From the NCBI GenBank assembly GCA_964291315.2, contig OZ219753.1, positions 736,001 to 800,000 on the forward strand: 64,000 bases of DNA. The letters run 5' to 3'. The notes under the pieces were generated by a model that saw only the letters and a program-made list of their open reading frames with translations, made no database searches and was not told the origin of the DNA. The position numbers and the translations under genes were made by a program. Positions 27,900 to 36,903 of the stretch are shown in pieces; position 1 is the stretch's first letter; the number at the start of each line of letters is the position of its first letter. The DNA comes from Candidatus Poribacteria bacterium. GTDB lineage: Bacteria; Poribacteria; WGA-4E; WGA-3G.

Positions 27900-30800
27900 T
27901 TAATTTTGAATTTGCACAGACGAGCTGCCGTCTCCATGTTTTTTAACATTAATTTTGACGGGTATTCGTCTTGTTAGTTCTTGGACGTGGCTGATAAGGA
28001 AGATGCTGCGTCCCTGCATACGTAGTCCTTCGAGTGCTGCGATAGCGGTATCGAGTGTTTGGGTGTCTAGTGTGCCGAATCCTTCGTCGAGGAAGAGGGA
28101 GTGTAGTTGTGCGCGTCCGCTGCTCAGGTCTGTCAGAGCGAGTGCGAGTGCGAGACTCGTCAAGAAGGATTCGCCGCCGGAGAGCGTTTGGACGGGTCGT
28201 TCTTCGTTGGCGTTCCATCGGTCGATGATGGTTAGGTCGCCGATGGATTGGATTTTAAGCTGGTAGCGTTGGGAGGTGAGGTAATCGAGTTGCTTGTTGG
28301 CTAGTTTGCCCATTTGCTTGAACATAATCTCTAGTGCGAAGTCGCGTAGGGTGTTGCTGGGTATGACCTCATCCAATCGCTGCCAGCGGTCTAATTCGTG
28401 TTGCGTTTTACGGTGTGTGTTGTCGAGTGCTTGGCGTTTTTCGAGAGCGTCTTTCAAGTTTTTAATTTCCTCTTGTTGCCCTCCTGTTTTTTGATGTGCT
28501 GCTTTGAGCATCCGCTCGGTTTTTTCGGCTTCGCTCTCGATTCGTGTGAGTGCTTCTGAATCAAACGGAGTCTTGCCAAATAGCGTTTTCAATTCGGTGA
28601 TGGTTCGCTCAAGCTGTTGCATCTCGTTGTGGTAGTCGTCGATCTGGTGGGTGAGCGCTTGGAGTTGTGCTTCATCTCGGAAGGCGTCGGCGTGTGCTTT
28701 GGGTGAATCAAAACCTGCGCTCCTTAGTTTTTCGAGGTAGACTTTCTGTGCCGTCTCACATTTTTTTTGGGCGTTCGCATGCCGATTTTCGGAGATCTGG
28801 TGAGCGGTTTGCGTCTGAGTGAGTAGGTGTTGATTGTTCTTCAATTGCTGCTGGGCATCATCGCGCGCGTTTTCTTTGGATTGCAGTTCTGTCTCCAATG
28901 CCCCAATAGCAGCGTTAATCTCGTCTGCTGTTTCCAACCCGCGGGTTTTCTCGCGTACGGTGCTTAGCAAAGCTTCTGCGTTGCGTTGATATGTTTCTAT
29001 CTCGGTTTGTAGTTCCGCGCGGTTAGCCTGCAAATTCTCTAGGTCACGTTGGCTGGTTTTAATGTTGTCGTTGAGGCGTTCCAAATTGGTATTTAGATCG
29101 CGGCATTCATCTGAACGTGTTGCGACCTCCTCAACCTTTTCGCGGAAGCTGTCCAATGCTGCAGCCGGTGTGTGTTCATGAAAATTCTCCGGTAGCAAGG
29201 CCCAGAAACGTTCTTCAGTAGCGATAATATCTGCTTGCGAATCGGCAATAGCATCGTCGACCTCTTGGAGTTGTGCTTCGGCATCCTTGAGAAGTTGTTG
29301 TTCACGCTTCATCTGGTTTTCAGTGGTTTCGAGTTGGTGTGAGGTGGTCTGGTAGGCATGAGATGCTTCGGTTTGTACTTGCTCGGCATCTCGAAGTTCT
29401 GTAATAGCAGTATCCGCTACCCCAACTTGTTCAGCTATCCAATCAGATGAAACATCAATGTCCTCTTCAACCCAATCGAACGAAATCGTAAGGTCTGGAT
29501 AAACTTCTCTCCATTGTCCCTCAAGCGTTTCCGTCTCGCCTTGGAACGCAACCGCTTTTGCCCAAAGCTCTTTACATTGGTTGAGGACATTGTGCTGATT
29601 CTGTTGCAGTTGATCTCGTTGCGTCCGCAAATTCTGCATCTGATTTTGTGCAGTTTGTCGGTCAGCTTTCGCGTTCGCCAAAGCATTCTCAGCATCCTGT
29701 ATCAAATTTTCACTATCAGCTTCAATAGTGCCAGCAAACGGATGCTCTGTAGCTCCGCACACCAAACAAGGTTCTCCAGTATGAAGGCGTTGTCGGAGTT
29801 GATTGATTGGATTTGACAACATCACAGTTCTTAGTGCCACCTCACAATGTTCAACCGCTTCCGTAGTGGATCTGCACACCTCCACTTTTTCTTGTAGTTC
29901 CTCTTCGATTTGTACAAGCTCCACATTCAATGTCGATCCAGTGTCACTTAATTCAGTTGTCCTTTCTGAGAAGTACTCTAAATCGTTTAATACCTTTTCA
30001 TACCTTTGCACTAGGGGGTGTGCCTGGGCTGCTTGTCGTTTCCGGTCAATCCATTCTTCGCGGGTCCCAGTTGCTCGTAGCTTGTTCAATTCAGAGGTGG
30101 TGGTGTCTAAGCGAGTTTTTGCGTCTGCGTTTTCTACCCGTTGTTTTTCATAGATCTCGGACAAGGCTTTAATTTTATCCTTTAACGACACCGCATTTTC
30201 AGCGTGTTGATCTTTGGCTGCCACTACAGTCTCTAACTGTCCTTGATGCGACTCGAGTTGTACAAGAAGGGTGTTTGCGCGGTTGAGGCGGTGTTGCCTA
30301 TCCGATGGGAGCTGATTCTGATTTAAAAAGGTTTGGGCCTCATTAATCTGCTTCTGTAGTTTGGTTTGCTCAACCTTTCTGTTTATCAACTGGTTTGAAA
30401 GTGTGCCTATCTGACTTTCCAGTTCTGTTAATTTGGGCTTGCGGCTCTCCGCTTCGTCGGATTGATCGGCTGCTCGTTCCACATCTAATTTAGCATTTGT
30501 GTAGACCTCTACCTTCTGCTTGTATTCAGTTAATGCTGTCTGATAGTATGTCGCCTTTTTGTCAAAATTAGCTTGGTCGATTTTGACCTGTTCCTCGGCC
30601 CCGGTTTTTTCGGTTGTGGCTCTATAGTGTTCAGCCTTGGCCTCTTTGAGGTCAGATGTTGCGGTATCATACTCCCGTTTTTCAGCGCGAAGGTCCCTGG
30701 CTTGTTCGGCGTTTTCTCGCTCTGCTCGGAGGGTATCGATCTGTTGTTGTGTGTCTAAGAGCTCTGCGCGCCGTTTCTGTGAAGATAGGAGGTTTTCGTA

Positions 30801-31580
30801 GTCGGCTTTGCGTTTGGTTTCTAGATCTTTTTCTCGCTGGATTTTCTGGATTTTTGCGTTTAACGCCTCGGCTTCTGATTCCAAGCTATTGAGGTGTGTT
30901 TGTGCTTTTCCAAGTTGTGTGTGAGAGGCTTCGGGGATTTGCTTGAGTTTGTCAAGGATCTCGGTATTCGCTTTGTCGGCTGCTTTCACCTTTTCATCTA
31001 GTGCGTTTTTCAGGGTATCATAGATACTAATTCCTGCTGTTGCTTCCAAAATTTGGCGTCTATCTTCGGGGATTGCCTTGAGGAAGGCGGCGAACTCGCC
31101 TTGTGCCAACATGACGGAGCGCTTGAAGGCCATAAAATCTAATCCTAAGATGGCTTCAACTTCTTGGCTCACCGACTTTTGGCTTGATCCGAGAGACTTT
31201 CCTGTGCTTGTGAGTTTATCGCTGATTAATTTACCGTCGGCTGCGTAAGAGAGCTGCACTTTCGGAGCGCTGTTGCGGTTGATAGAGCAGGTAGCAATAT
31301 AACGTGTGCCGTTTGCGATAAAGTGGATTTCAGCGACTCCGTGTTTTTCACCATGGCTGACAAGATGGTTTCGGTTTTGGTTCCTTTTCCCACCGGTTAG
31401 TCGGGGTGTTTTCCCGTAGAGTGCGACACAAATTGCGTCCAACAAGGTGGTTTTTCCTGCGCCTGTTGGCCCGGTGATTGCTACGATGGAGGCGTCGGCT
31501 AATACTGGTTCTTCAAAATTGATGTCTATTTCTCTACGGAAACTGTTTAGGTTTTTAAGCTTGAGTCTGCATAATTTCAT
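27900..31580 (-). CDS. sbcC: exonuclease SbcCD subunit C (SMC ATPase)
   Basis: GPTGAGKTT, LAQGEF, CLVC hook, LSGGES, FLDEGFGTLD, ISH. Confidence 0.95.
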   Translation of the reverse strand: MKLCRLKLKNLNSFRREIDINFEEPVLADASIVAITGPTGAGKTTLLDAICVALYGKTPRLTGGKRNQNRNHLVSHGEKHGVAEIHFIANGTRYIATCSINRNSAPKVQLSYAADGKLISDKLTSTGKSLGSSQKSVSQEVEAILGLDFMAFKRSVMLAQGEFAAFLKAIPEDRRQILEATAGISIYDTLKNALDEKVKAADKANTEILDKLKQIPEASHTQLGKAQTHLNSLESEAEALNAKIQKIQREKDLETKRKADYENLLSSQKRRAELLDTQQQIDTLRAERENAEQARDLRAEKREYDTATSDLKEAKAEHYRATTEKTGAEEQVKIDQANFDKKATYYQTALTEYKQKVEVYTNAKLDVERAADQSDEAESRKPKLTELESQIGTLSNQLINRKVEQTKLQKQINEAQTFLNQNQLPSDRQHRLNRANTLLVQLESHQGQLETVVAAKDQHAENAVSLKDKIKALSEIYEKQRVENADAKTRLDTTTSELNKLRATGTREEWIDRKRQAAQAHPLVQRYEKVLNDLEYFSERTTELSDTGSTLNVELVQIEEELQEKVEVCRSTTEAVEHCEVALRTVMLSNPINQLRQRLHTGEPCLVCGATEHPFAGTIEADSENLIQDAENALANAKADRQTAQNQMQNLRTQRDQLQQNQHNVLNQCKELWAKAVAFQGETETLEGQWREVYPDLTISFDWVEEDIDVSSDWIAEQVGVADTAITELRDAEQVQTEASHAYQTTSHQLETTENQMKREQQLLKDAEAQLQEVDDAIADSQADIIATEERFWALLPENFHEHTPAAALDSFREKVEEVATRSDECRDLNTNLERLNDNIKTSQRDLENLQANRAELQTEIETYQRNAEALLSTVREKTRGLETADEINAAIGALETELQSKENARDDAQQQLKNNQHLLTQTQTAHQISENRHANAQKKCETAQKVYLEKLRSAGFDSPKAHADAFRDEAQLQALTHQIDDYHNEMQQLERTITELKTLFGKTPFDSEALTRIESEAEKTERMLKAAHQKTGGQQEEIKNLKDALEKRQALDNTHRKTQHELDRWQRLDEVIPSNTLRDFALEIMFKQMGKLANKQLDYLTSQRYQLKIQSIGDLTIIDRWNANEERPVQTLSGGESFLTSLALALALTDLSSGRAQLHSLFLDEGFGTLDTQTLDTAIAALEGLRMQGRSIFLISHVQELTRRIPVKINVKKHGDGSSSVQIQN

Positions 31581-32749
31581 TCGGTTGCCTCAACGATCTG
31601 TATGAGTTCGCTAAATGTTTGAGCCAATGTTTGGTCTGGGGGTTCGCCATTAAATTTTGTTCTGTGTAGTTGTTCAAAGATTTCCTCGGGGCGTTTCATA
31701 TCTTCGACAGAGATTTCTAGGTCGCGTGTTATTTCAGGAAGTGTGATTTCGACACTGAGTACCTCGCCGCCGCGTTTGCTAAACGCTTGTCGGATTTCAT
31801 CGTTGATTCCTGTTTTGGGTGTGTCCAGTGTCAGTTTAACTTGGATGTATTTTTTGTCCCAGGTGCCGGTCCTGGCTTCTAACAGCACCGCTGATTCGTT
31901 TCCTTCGACGGTACATAATTCCTTGAAGACAGGAATTTTGATATTCTTGCCAGACACTAGTGTTCCGTTATCAGAGAATTCCAGGAGGTATACTGCTTTG
32001 GTATAGCTGGTTTCGTTAAATCGCAGCGGAATAGGTGATCCCGAGTACCGGATCGGGTAATTAGTGCCATCAATTGCCTGTGGTCTGTGCAGGTGTCCTA
32101 ATGCGACGTAGTCGATGCCCTCGGGGAAATCGGTGGCGCGGATAGCAGTTGCGCCGCCGATTTGGATATTTCGTTCGGAATCTGTCACTGCTCCGCCTTG
32201 AACGAAGAGGTGTCCCATCAAAATTTTGGGGAGATGGTTTGGCATTGCAAGGGCGCATTGGGCGTAGAACGTTTTGAGTTTTTCTCGGTATCTTTCGTTT
32301 CGTTCCCCTTGTGTTTGATAGGCGAGGTATCGGAGGTCGCTTTCTAGTATGTATGGGACGGCGGCGACTGCGACTCGGGGAGCGTTGGGTGGAAATAGGA
32401 AGAGACACTCGGTGGGTTCGGGGGGCGGACCGATGACGTGAATTCTGCCCATTTTTAGGAACTCACGTGGTGCTTCCAAGTGTTGTGCTGAGTCGTGATT
32501 GCCTGCGGTGATGAGTGCATAGGTTTGGGTTTCATCAAAAAGGCGGTAGAGGAAACGGTAATAGAGTTCGGTTGCTTCTGCTGACGGTAGGGAGGTGTCG
32601 AAAATATCGCCTGAGACTAGGAGGAGTTCGACATTCTGCTTCTGGATTGTTTCGAGGAGCCAATCGAGGAATTGTTTGTGTTCGTCAAGTCGGGAACGTT
32701 CGTGGAGTCGTTGTCCAATATGCCAATCGGCGGTGTGTATAATTTTCAT
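31577..32749 (-). CDS. sbcD: exonuclease SbcCD subunit D
   Basis: HTADWHIG, GDIFD, GNHDS, ALGHLH, YSGSP. Confidence 0.95.
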   Translation of the reverse strand: MKIIHTADWHIGQRLHERSRLDEHKQFLDWLLETIQKQNVELLLVSGDIFDTSLPSAEATELYYRFLYRLFDETQTYALITAGNHDSAQHLEAPREFLKMGRIHVIGPPPEPTECLFLFPPNAPRVAVAAVPYILESDLRYLAYQTQGERNERYREKLKTFYAQCALAMPNHLPKILMGHLFVQGGAVTDSERNIQIGGATAIRATDFPEGIDYVALGHLHRPQAIDGTNYPIRYSGSPIPLRFNETSYTKAVYLLEFSDNGTLVSGKNIKIPVFKELCTVEGNESAVLLEARTGTWDKKYIQVKLTLDTPKTGINDEIRQAFSKRGGEVLSVEITLPEITRDLEISVEDMKRPEEIFEQLHRTKFNGEPPDQTLAQTFSELIQIVEATE

Positions 32750-32906
32750 AGAGTTTCGGAAGTTATGATAGTGTTTTGCGTATGCGGTTATTCCTAATCT
32801 GGAAACTTCTCATCGGTGATTAAAGCGGTGTAACGGAATTATGATAACAGGTTTCAGATATATTTTCAAACAGATTCTGCGATAATTTTCATGTTGGTTG
32901 TGTTCA

Positions 32907-33740
32907 TTAGCTGTTTTTAGTGGATTCTGTGGGTCTATTTGATATTTTCCAGATTCCGAGTATCGCTAGCAGCGATAGGTTTGGGAAGAGGAGTGGTGCT
33001 AGCAGCGGTGCTCCGTAGAGGAATCTGTCGATTTGGCGCGTTGCGGGGATTTGCAAATCTGCGATGAGGTGGAAGAGGGATCCGGTGATTCCGACGAAAA
33101 AGTTAAGTGTGAAGATGGCGATTCCGTATGTTGAGGCTGCTGTTTGATTGGTTTTCCAGTCGTGTGTTAGGAGGTATCCGACGGCGAGTGCGCTGGTTAT
33201 GACGGGTATCCATTCTGTTGGTACAAAGAATCCGTTTTGTGCGTGGTCTATAGCTGAGAGCAGGAAGTTGCCGCACCAGCCGGCGCCTGCTAGGAATGTG
33301 ATCCATTCTGCCCAGTGGCGTTCGGTATCTGGGATTATTTGGTTTGTAATGAGGAGCATGCCGATTCCTGTATAGGCGAGTGGTGCGACGAAGGGTGCTG
33401 CGTAGACGAGGCTTTTTAGGGTGAGTGCTGTGAAAAAACCGCTGCTTAGGTGAAGTAGCATCCCGGTGATTCCGACGGCTATGGCTAATCCGCCGATACT
33501 GAGTCTGCACCATTTTCGGTAGTACGGGTTTTTGCTGAACATGATGGGTGTCATTAGAAGTGCGGCTGCTAGAGAGAAATAGAAAGGGATCCATTCGGCG
33601 GGGCTGGCAAAGGCGTTGATAGAATGAGCGATGAACACGTCAAGTCCCAAGAATGTGAGGTTTACAAGGATGTAAAGGTCTAGGAGTGTTGCTGCGAACC
33701 CGTTATTGTTTCGCAGCTTTTGCTCGAAGTTCTGCAGCAA
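32907..33740 (-). CDS. polytopic membrane protein with internal duplication
   Basis: About 8 hydrophobic segments; two halves each carry H..N.F..P.EWIP, GITG...HL and Y.AP..APL. Confidence 0.75.
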   Translation of the reverse strand: MLQNFEQKLRNNNGFAATLLDLYILVNLTFLGLDVFIAHSINAFASPAEWIPFYFSLAAALLMTPIMFSKNPYYRKWCRLSIGGLAIAVGITGMLLHLSSGFFTALTLKSLVYAAPFVAPLAYTGIGMLLITNQIIPDTERHWAEWITFLAGAGWCGNFLLSAIDHAQNGFFVPTEWIPVITSALAVGYLLTHDWKTNQTAASTYGIAIFTLNFFVGITGSLFHLIADLQIPATRQIDRFLYGAPLLAPLLFPNLSLLAILGIWKISNRPTESTKNS

Positions 33741-34944
33741 TGTTCTTCATCTCCGTAGTTTTTCGTAGGAGTTCATAATTTCCGTGCCATTGCACGAAGT
33801 CTGCGCCGCCCATAAAAGCCCCGTGTTTTGCTGTTCGTCCGTAGTAGTGCCAGAGGTCGAAGAATAGGAATTCGATTGGTTCATCAAAAGGTTCTTCGGT
33901 GAGTAGTCCTTCTGTGCGGAGTTGGGTCATTAGTGCTTGTGCTTCAGCGATTTTCTGGTTGGTATCTGTGACGACTTCTTCGGCTTCTTGGTAGTATGTT
34001 TCGACGTGTGATCGGGCGTGGCATTTTAGGCATGTTTCTTTCATAGCGTCTTGTGCTTGCTGATAGGTGGGTCGTTTCTCGGAGACGGCTGCGAAGAGCC
34101 AATAAGAGAGTCTCGTTGTGGTATCGTGTGTCACGTCCAATCCGTCTAATCCGCTGAGGTGGCATGTGGCGCAGGTGGGCACGGGCATATCTGCTGTTGT
34201 GAGATTTGCGGGCGGTGTGTTGAGGTTCATTTGAGATTTTTGTGCGTTGTAAAGCACGCCGTGCTTGGATTCGTGGAAGATTTCGAGCTGTGAATGGTCG
34301 GGTCCCATGTGGCATTGCCCGCAGGTTTCTGGTTGTCGTGCCAATGCGATAGAGGTTGAGTGGCGAGCGTGGCATGCGGTGCATGTGCCGATAGATCCGT
34401 CGGGGTTGGGTTTGCCGATGTCGTGGCATCCGAGGCATCCGACGTTGATGGCGCTTTGGCCTTTGAGGGTGGCCAATCGATTTGCTGGGCGATCGACAGC
34501 ACCTTTGTGGTATTTTTCTGAGAATGCGATCTGCTCGGTGGTAAAGTCTTTTGCGCCGGTAACTGCGGCCCAGGCTGGTGCTGCGTGCCGGCTTCTTAGA
34601 AATTGCCGGTACTCTGTGGTGTGACAGGTGCTGCAATTTTTTGCTGTCAGCTGCTTGGCGATTGTAAATCCACGGTGTGCGAGCGTCTCTTGTCCTTCGA
34701 CGGCGTGATGGCAATCTAAGCAGCTGACCCCGTGTTTCGCGTGTCCGCTTGTTTCAAATTGATGTACAACTGCGGCTGTTTCCCTGCGGTGGCAGGCGGC
34801 GCATTTTCCTGTTGCTAGGACGAATTCACGGTTGGGTTGCTGCTTTTCGGTTGCTGGGCGACTTGCGTGGAAGATCACGACGAGACAGACCAAGGTTGCT
34901 CCGAGGGCAATAGATATAAAAATTGTTTTTACTAGCATTTTCAC
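33703..34944 (-). CDS. octaheme cytochrome c, hydroxylamine oxidoreductase (HAO)-like family
   Basis: Eight CxxCH motifs (CAACH, CLDCH, CSTCH, CLGCH, CTACH, CGQCH, CATCH, CLKCH), CHMGPDH, ESKHG, N-terminal anchor. Confidence 0.85.
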   Translation of the reverse strand: MKMLVKTIFISIALGATLVCLVVIFHASRPATEKQQPNREFVLATGKCAACHRRETAAVVHQFETSGHAKHGVSCLDCHHAVEGQETLAHRGFTIAKQLTAKNCSTCHTTEYRQFLRSRHAAPAWAAVTGAKDFTTEQIAFSEKYHKGAVDRPANRLATLKGQSAINVGCLGCHDIGKPNPDGSIGTCTACHARHSTSIALARQPETCGQCHMGPDHSQLEIFHESKHGVLYNAQKSQMNLNTPPANLTTADMPVPTCATCHLSGLDGLDVTHDTTTRLSYWLFAAVSEKRPTYQQAQDAMKETCLKCHARSHVETYYQEAEEVVTDTNQKIAEAQALMTQLRTEGLLTEEPFDEPIEFLFFDLWHYYGRTAKHGAFMGGADFVQWHGNYELLRKTTEMKNIAAELRAKAAKQ

Positions 34945-35109
34945 TGGTTCCTTGTTTGTGGCAGGCGCATGAACTGCTCGGAAGCCCGGGGTTTCTGCTC
35001 AGGTATCCCAGCACAATCGAAGGGGTTCGGCTCCGAAAAAGCGCTACTTAGAGAATGCTCCCCTGATACTCAATAATGTTTTGAAAAAACAAAAACTGAT
35101 TCTAATATA

Positions 35110-35164
35110 GGCGGTGACAAGGTGGCTGTGATTGTTTGATCTCCGGGCCACCGTGTCGCCGCCT
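35110..35164. other. long imperfect inverted repeat between the sigma gene and the cytochrome gene
   Basis: GGCGGTGACAAGGTGGC...GCCACCGTGTCGCCGCC. Confidence 0.6.
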
Positions 35165-35218
35165 TAGGTTTGCATATGCGTTGTTTAGTAGTCGGTTACG
35201 GATTGTTTTGGGTCCCTC

Positions 35219-35854
35219 TTAAGCATTACAGCTTAGCCACGACGTGTATGCTTTTCGGAGTTTTGTGCGGGCGCGTTTGAGGAGTTGGCTAACGCGTCCG
35301 TGAGATACCCCGAGTGTTTTGGCGATCTCGGTGCCTGTAGCGTCGCTGAAATATTTCAATCTGATAGCGATTTTTTCGGGGTCTGTCAGGCGTAGGAAGA
35401 GTGCCGGGAGTGCGGCTTGGAACTGCTGGGTCTCCAAGTCGTCTATCACGTTGTCTTCGAGGCTCTCTGTGGAGCATGCGGCGTTGCGTAAATGGGCAGC
35501 GAGGGGCGTGGGTTCTTCTGTCGCGGTTTCTTCTTCCTCGGATGCGACATCGCCGCACAGCAGATATTTAAGGACCTCCCGCCGTTGCTGCCAGAGGGCG
35601 CAACAGACTTTAGATTTGATAAAGGTGATAAAACTCGCGCCGCTGGGGTGATCGGGGTCATACTTCGGAGTCGCTTCTATCACCGTCAGAAAGGCGGTCT
35701 GTTTAAAGTCTTCGGATTGATCCTTCAAAGTTGCGTTCTGGCTCGTCACACATTTAACGCAGTGTGCGATAGAGTCCGTGGCAGATAAAGGGTCTTCAGG
35801 GAGAACATGAAACGGGCATTTTGCTGAGAAATGCGGTCCACGGTGTGTGTTCAT
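35219..35854 (-). CDS. sigma-70 family RNA polymerase sigma factor (FliA/SigD-like regions 2 and 4)
   Basis: EDFKQTAFL..IEATPKYDP....SFITF, EIAKTLGVSHGRVSQL; AGGAGG before ATG 35854. Confidence 0.8.
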   Translation of the reverse strand: MNTHRGPHFSAKCPFHVLPEDPLSATDSIAHCVKCVTSQNATLKDQSEDFKQTAFLTVIEATPKYDPDHPSGASFITFIKSKVCCALWQQRREVLKYLLCGDVASEEEETATEEPTPLAAHLRNAACSTESLEDNVIDDLETQQFQAALPALFLRLTDPEKIAIRLKYFSDATGTEIAKTLGVSHGRVSQLLKRARTKLRKAYTSWLSCNA

Positions 35855-36178
35855 CAGGGACCTCCTTGTGAAACCTCGGAGGGCAAGGGTGCCGCCTTGC
35901 GTCCTGAGACACTGCGGAGGGGCCGGCACGCCCCTCATCGCCCTGCTTTGTTTATAAGCAGTGTTCCAAAGAAAAAGGTTTGGTTTTTTTGTTCGCGGGC
36001 CCTATTATCTATGTGATATCCACAACGGCTAAATCCGTGTGCTTCTTATTGTTGTTTAGTCGACTGACTTGATCTGAAGTGCTGGAACCGGGGCCCTTAT
36101 TGACCTACGGGAATACCGTCGCCCCGGCTACAGGGTTGAATAATCACTCCTGTATTTTGTTATTAGTTTCTATAAGAG

Positions 36179-36207
36179 AGTATAGCATGTTCTGTTGCCC
36201 GAGTCAA
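36179..36207 (-). promoter_or_regulatory. sigma70 promoter reading toward the sigma gene
   Basis: Minus strand TTGACT-N17-TATACT with extended TG. Confidence 0.55.
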
Positions 36208-36557
36208 AATTTTGTGAGTAAATGGAATTTGATCCAAACGCAGAGGTTTGGGGTGTTAAGAAGTCCGTTCAGCGGCTCTATTAAATCTAAAATTTTGGTG
36301 CGTGTTGGCTTGTTCCTCGCTGGTATCTTCCGCCTGAGGCTTGCGGTTGTTGTGTATATATTATATACGTTTGGCTGGAAAAAGTTTAGTTTTTTTTCTC
36401 GGAGAGTGAAAGGGCAGGAGACGTGTAAGGTTTCGGCATCTGGGAGTGTATTCTACGGTGAGAGAAAGAGAGAGTGTTTTGCTAAGAAAGTACAATTGTG
36501 ATAAATTCCTTAATTCGTGCTTCTATAAAGTAATCTTATACTTGTAACGTGAGCAGG

Positions 36558-36614
36558 AAACTGGCAGTCTATACTACAAGAACTGAAGTGGCCCAGACTG
36601 ACAGTCTATGCTAT
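36558..36614 (-). repeat. pair of GTAG-type REP-like palindromes
   Basis: actggcagtctatactac and agactgacagtctatgctat; minus strand reads (G/A)TAG(T/C)ATAGACTG(C/T)CAGT. Confidence 0.5.
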
Positions 36615-36637
36615 AGGCACTTTTAAAAACAGTGTGC

Positions 36638-36666
36638 TTGACACATTGGATGTTTTATGATATACT
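36638..36666 (+). promoter_or_regulatory. sigma70 promoter of FGE gene 1
   Basis: TTGACA-N17-TATACT. Confidence 0.7.
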
Positions 36667-36704
36667 ATTAAAGAAAGTATAGTCCTTAGGAAGAGAAATA
36701 ATCC

Positions 36705-36890
36705 GTGAAAGTTTTAGACGCTTCTACTCCTGTTGAGATGTCTAGAGGATTTAGCGAAGATTCCTGTGTGTGGTGTTCTGGGTATCGGCTAGGTTCTGTT
36801 GTCGGGTTATTTTTTACTAAGCATCCCCCCTTCCCTTTAACTTCACAAGCAACACGTAATAAACAGATTTCTGTGTGTTTTCACAGATAA
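36705..36890 (+). CDS. putative upstream ORF/leader peptide (copy 1)
   Basis: Purine-rich RBS; paralogous ORF at 39013; its stop abuts the AAGGAGG RBS of the next gene. Confidence 0.35.
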   Translation: MKVLDASTPVEMSRGFSEDSCVWCSGYRLGSVVGLFFTKHPPFPLTSQATRNKQISVCFHR

Positions 36891-36903
36891 AAGGAGGCAT
36901 AAA

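Noticed and set aside
36085-36130. Fluoride or other known riboswitch upstream of the sigma gene
   Set aside because: GGCGACGGTATTCCCG only superficially resembles the crcB motif, and the expected pairing is missing.
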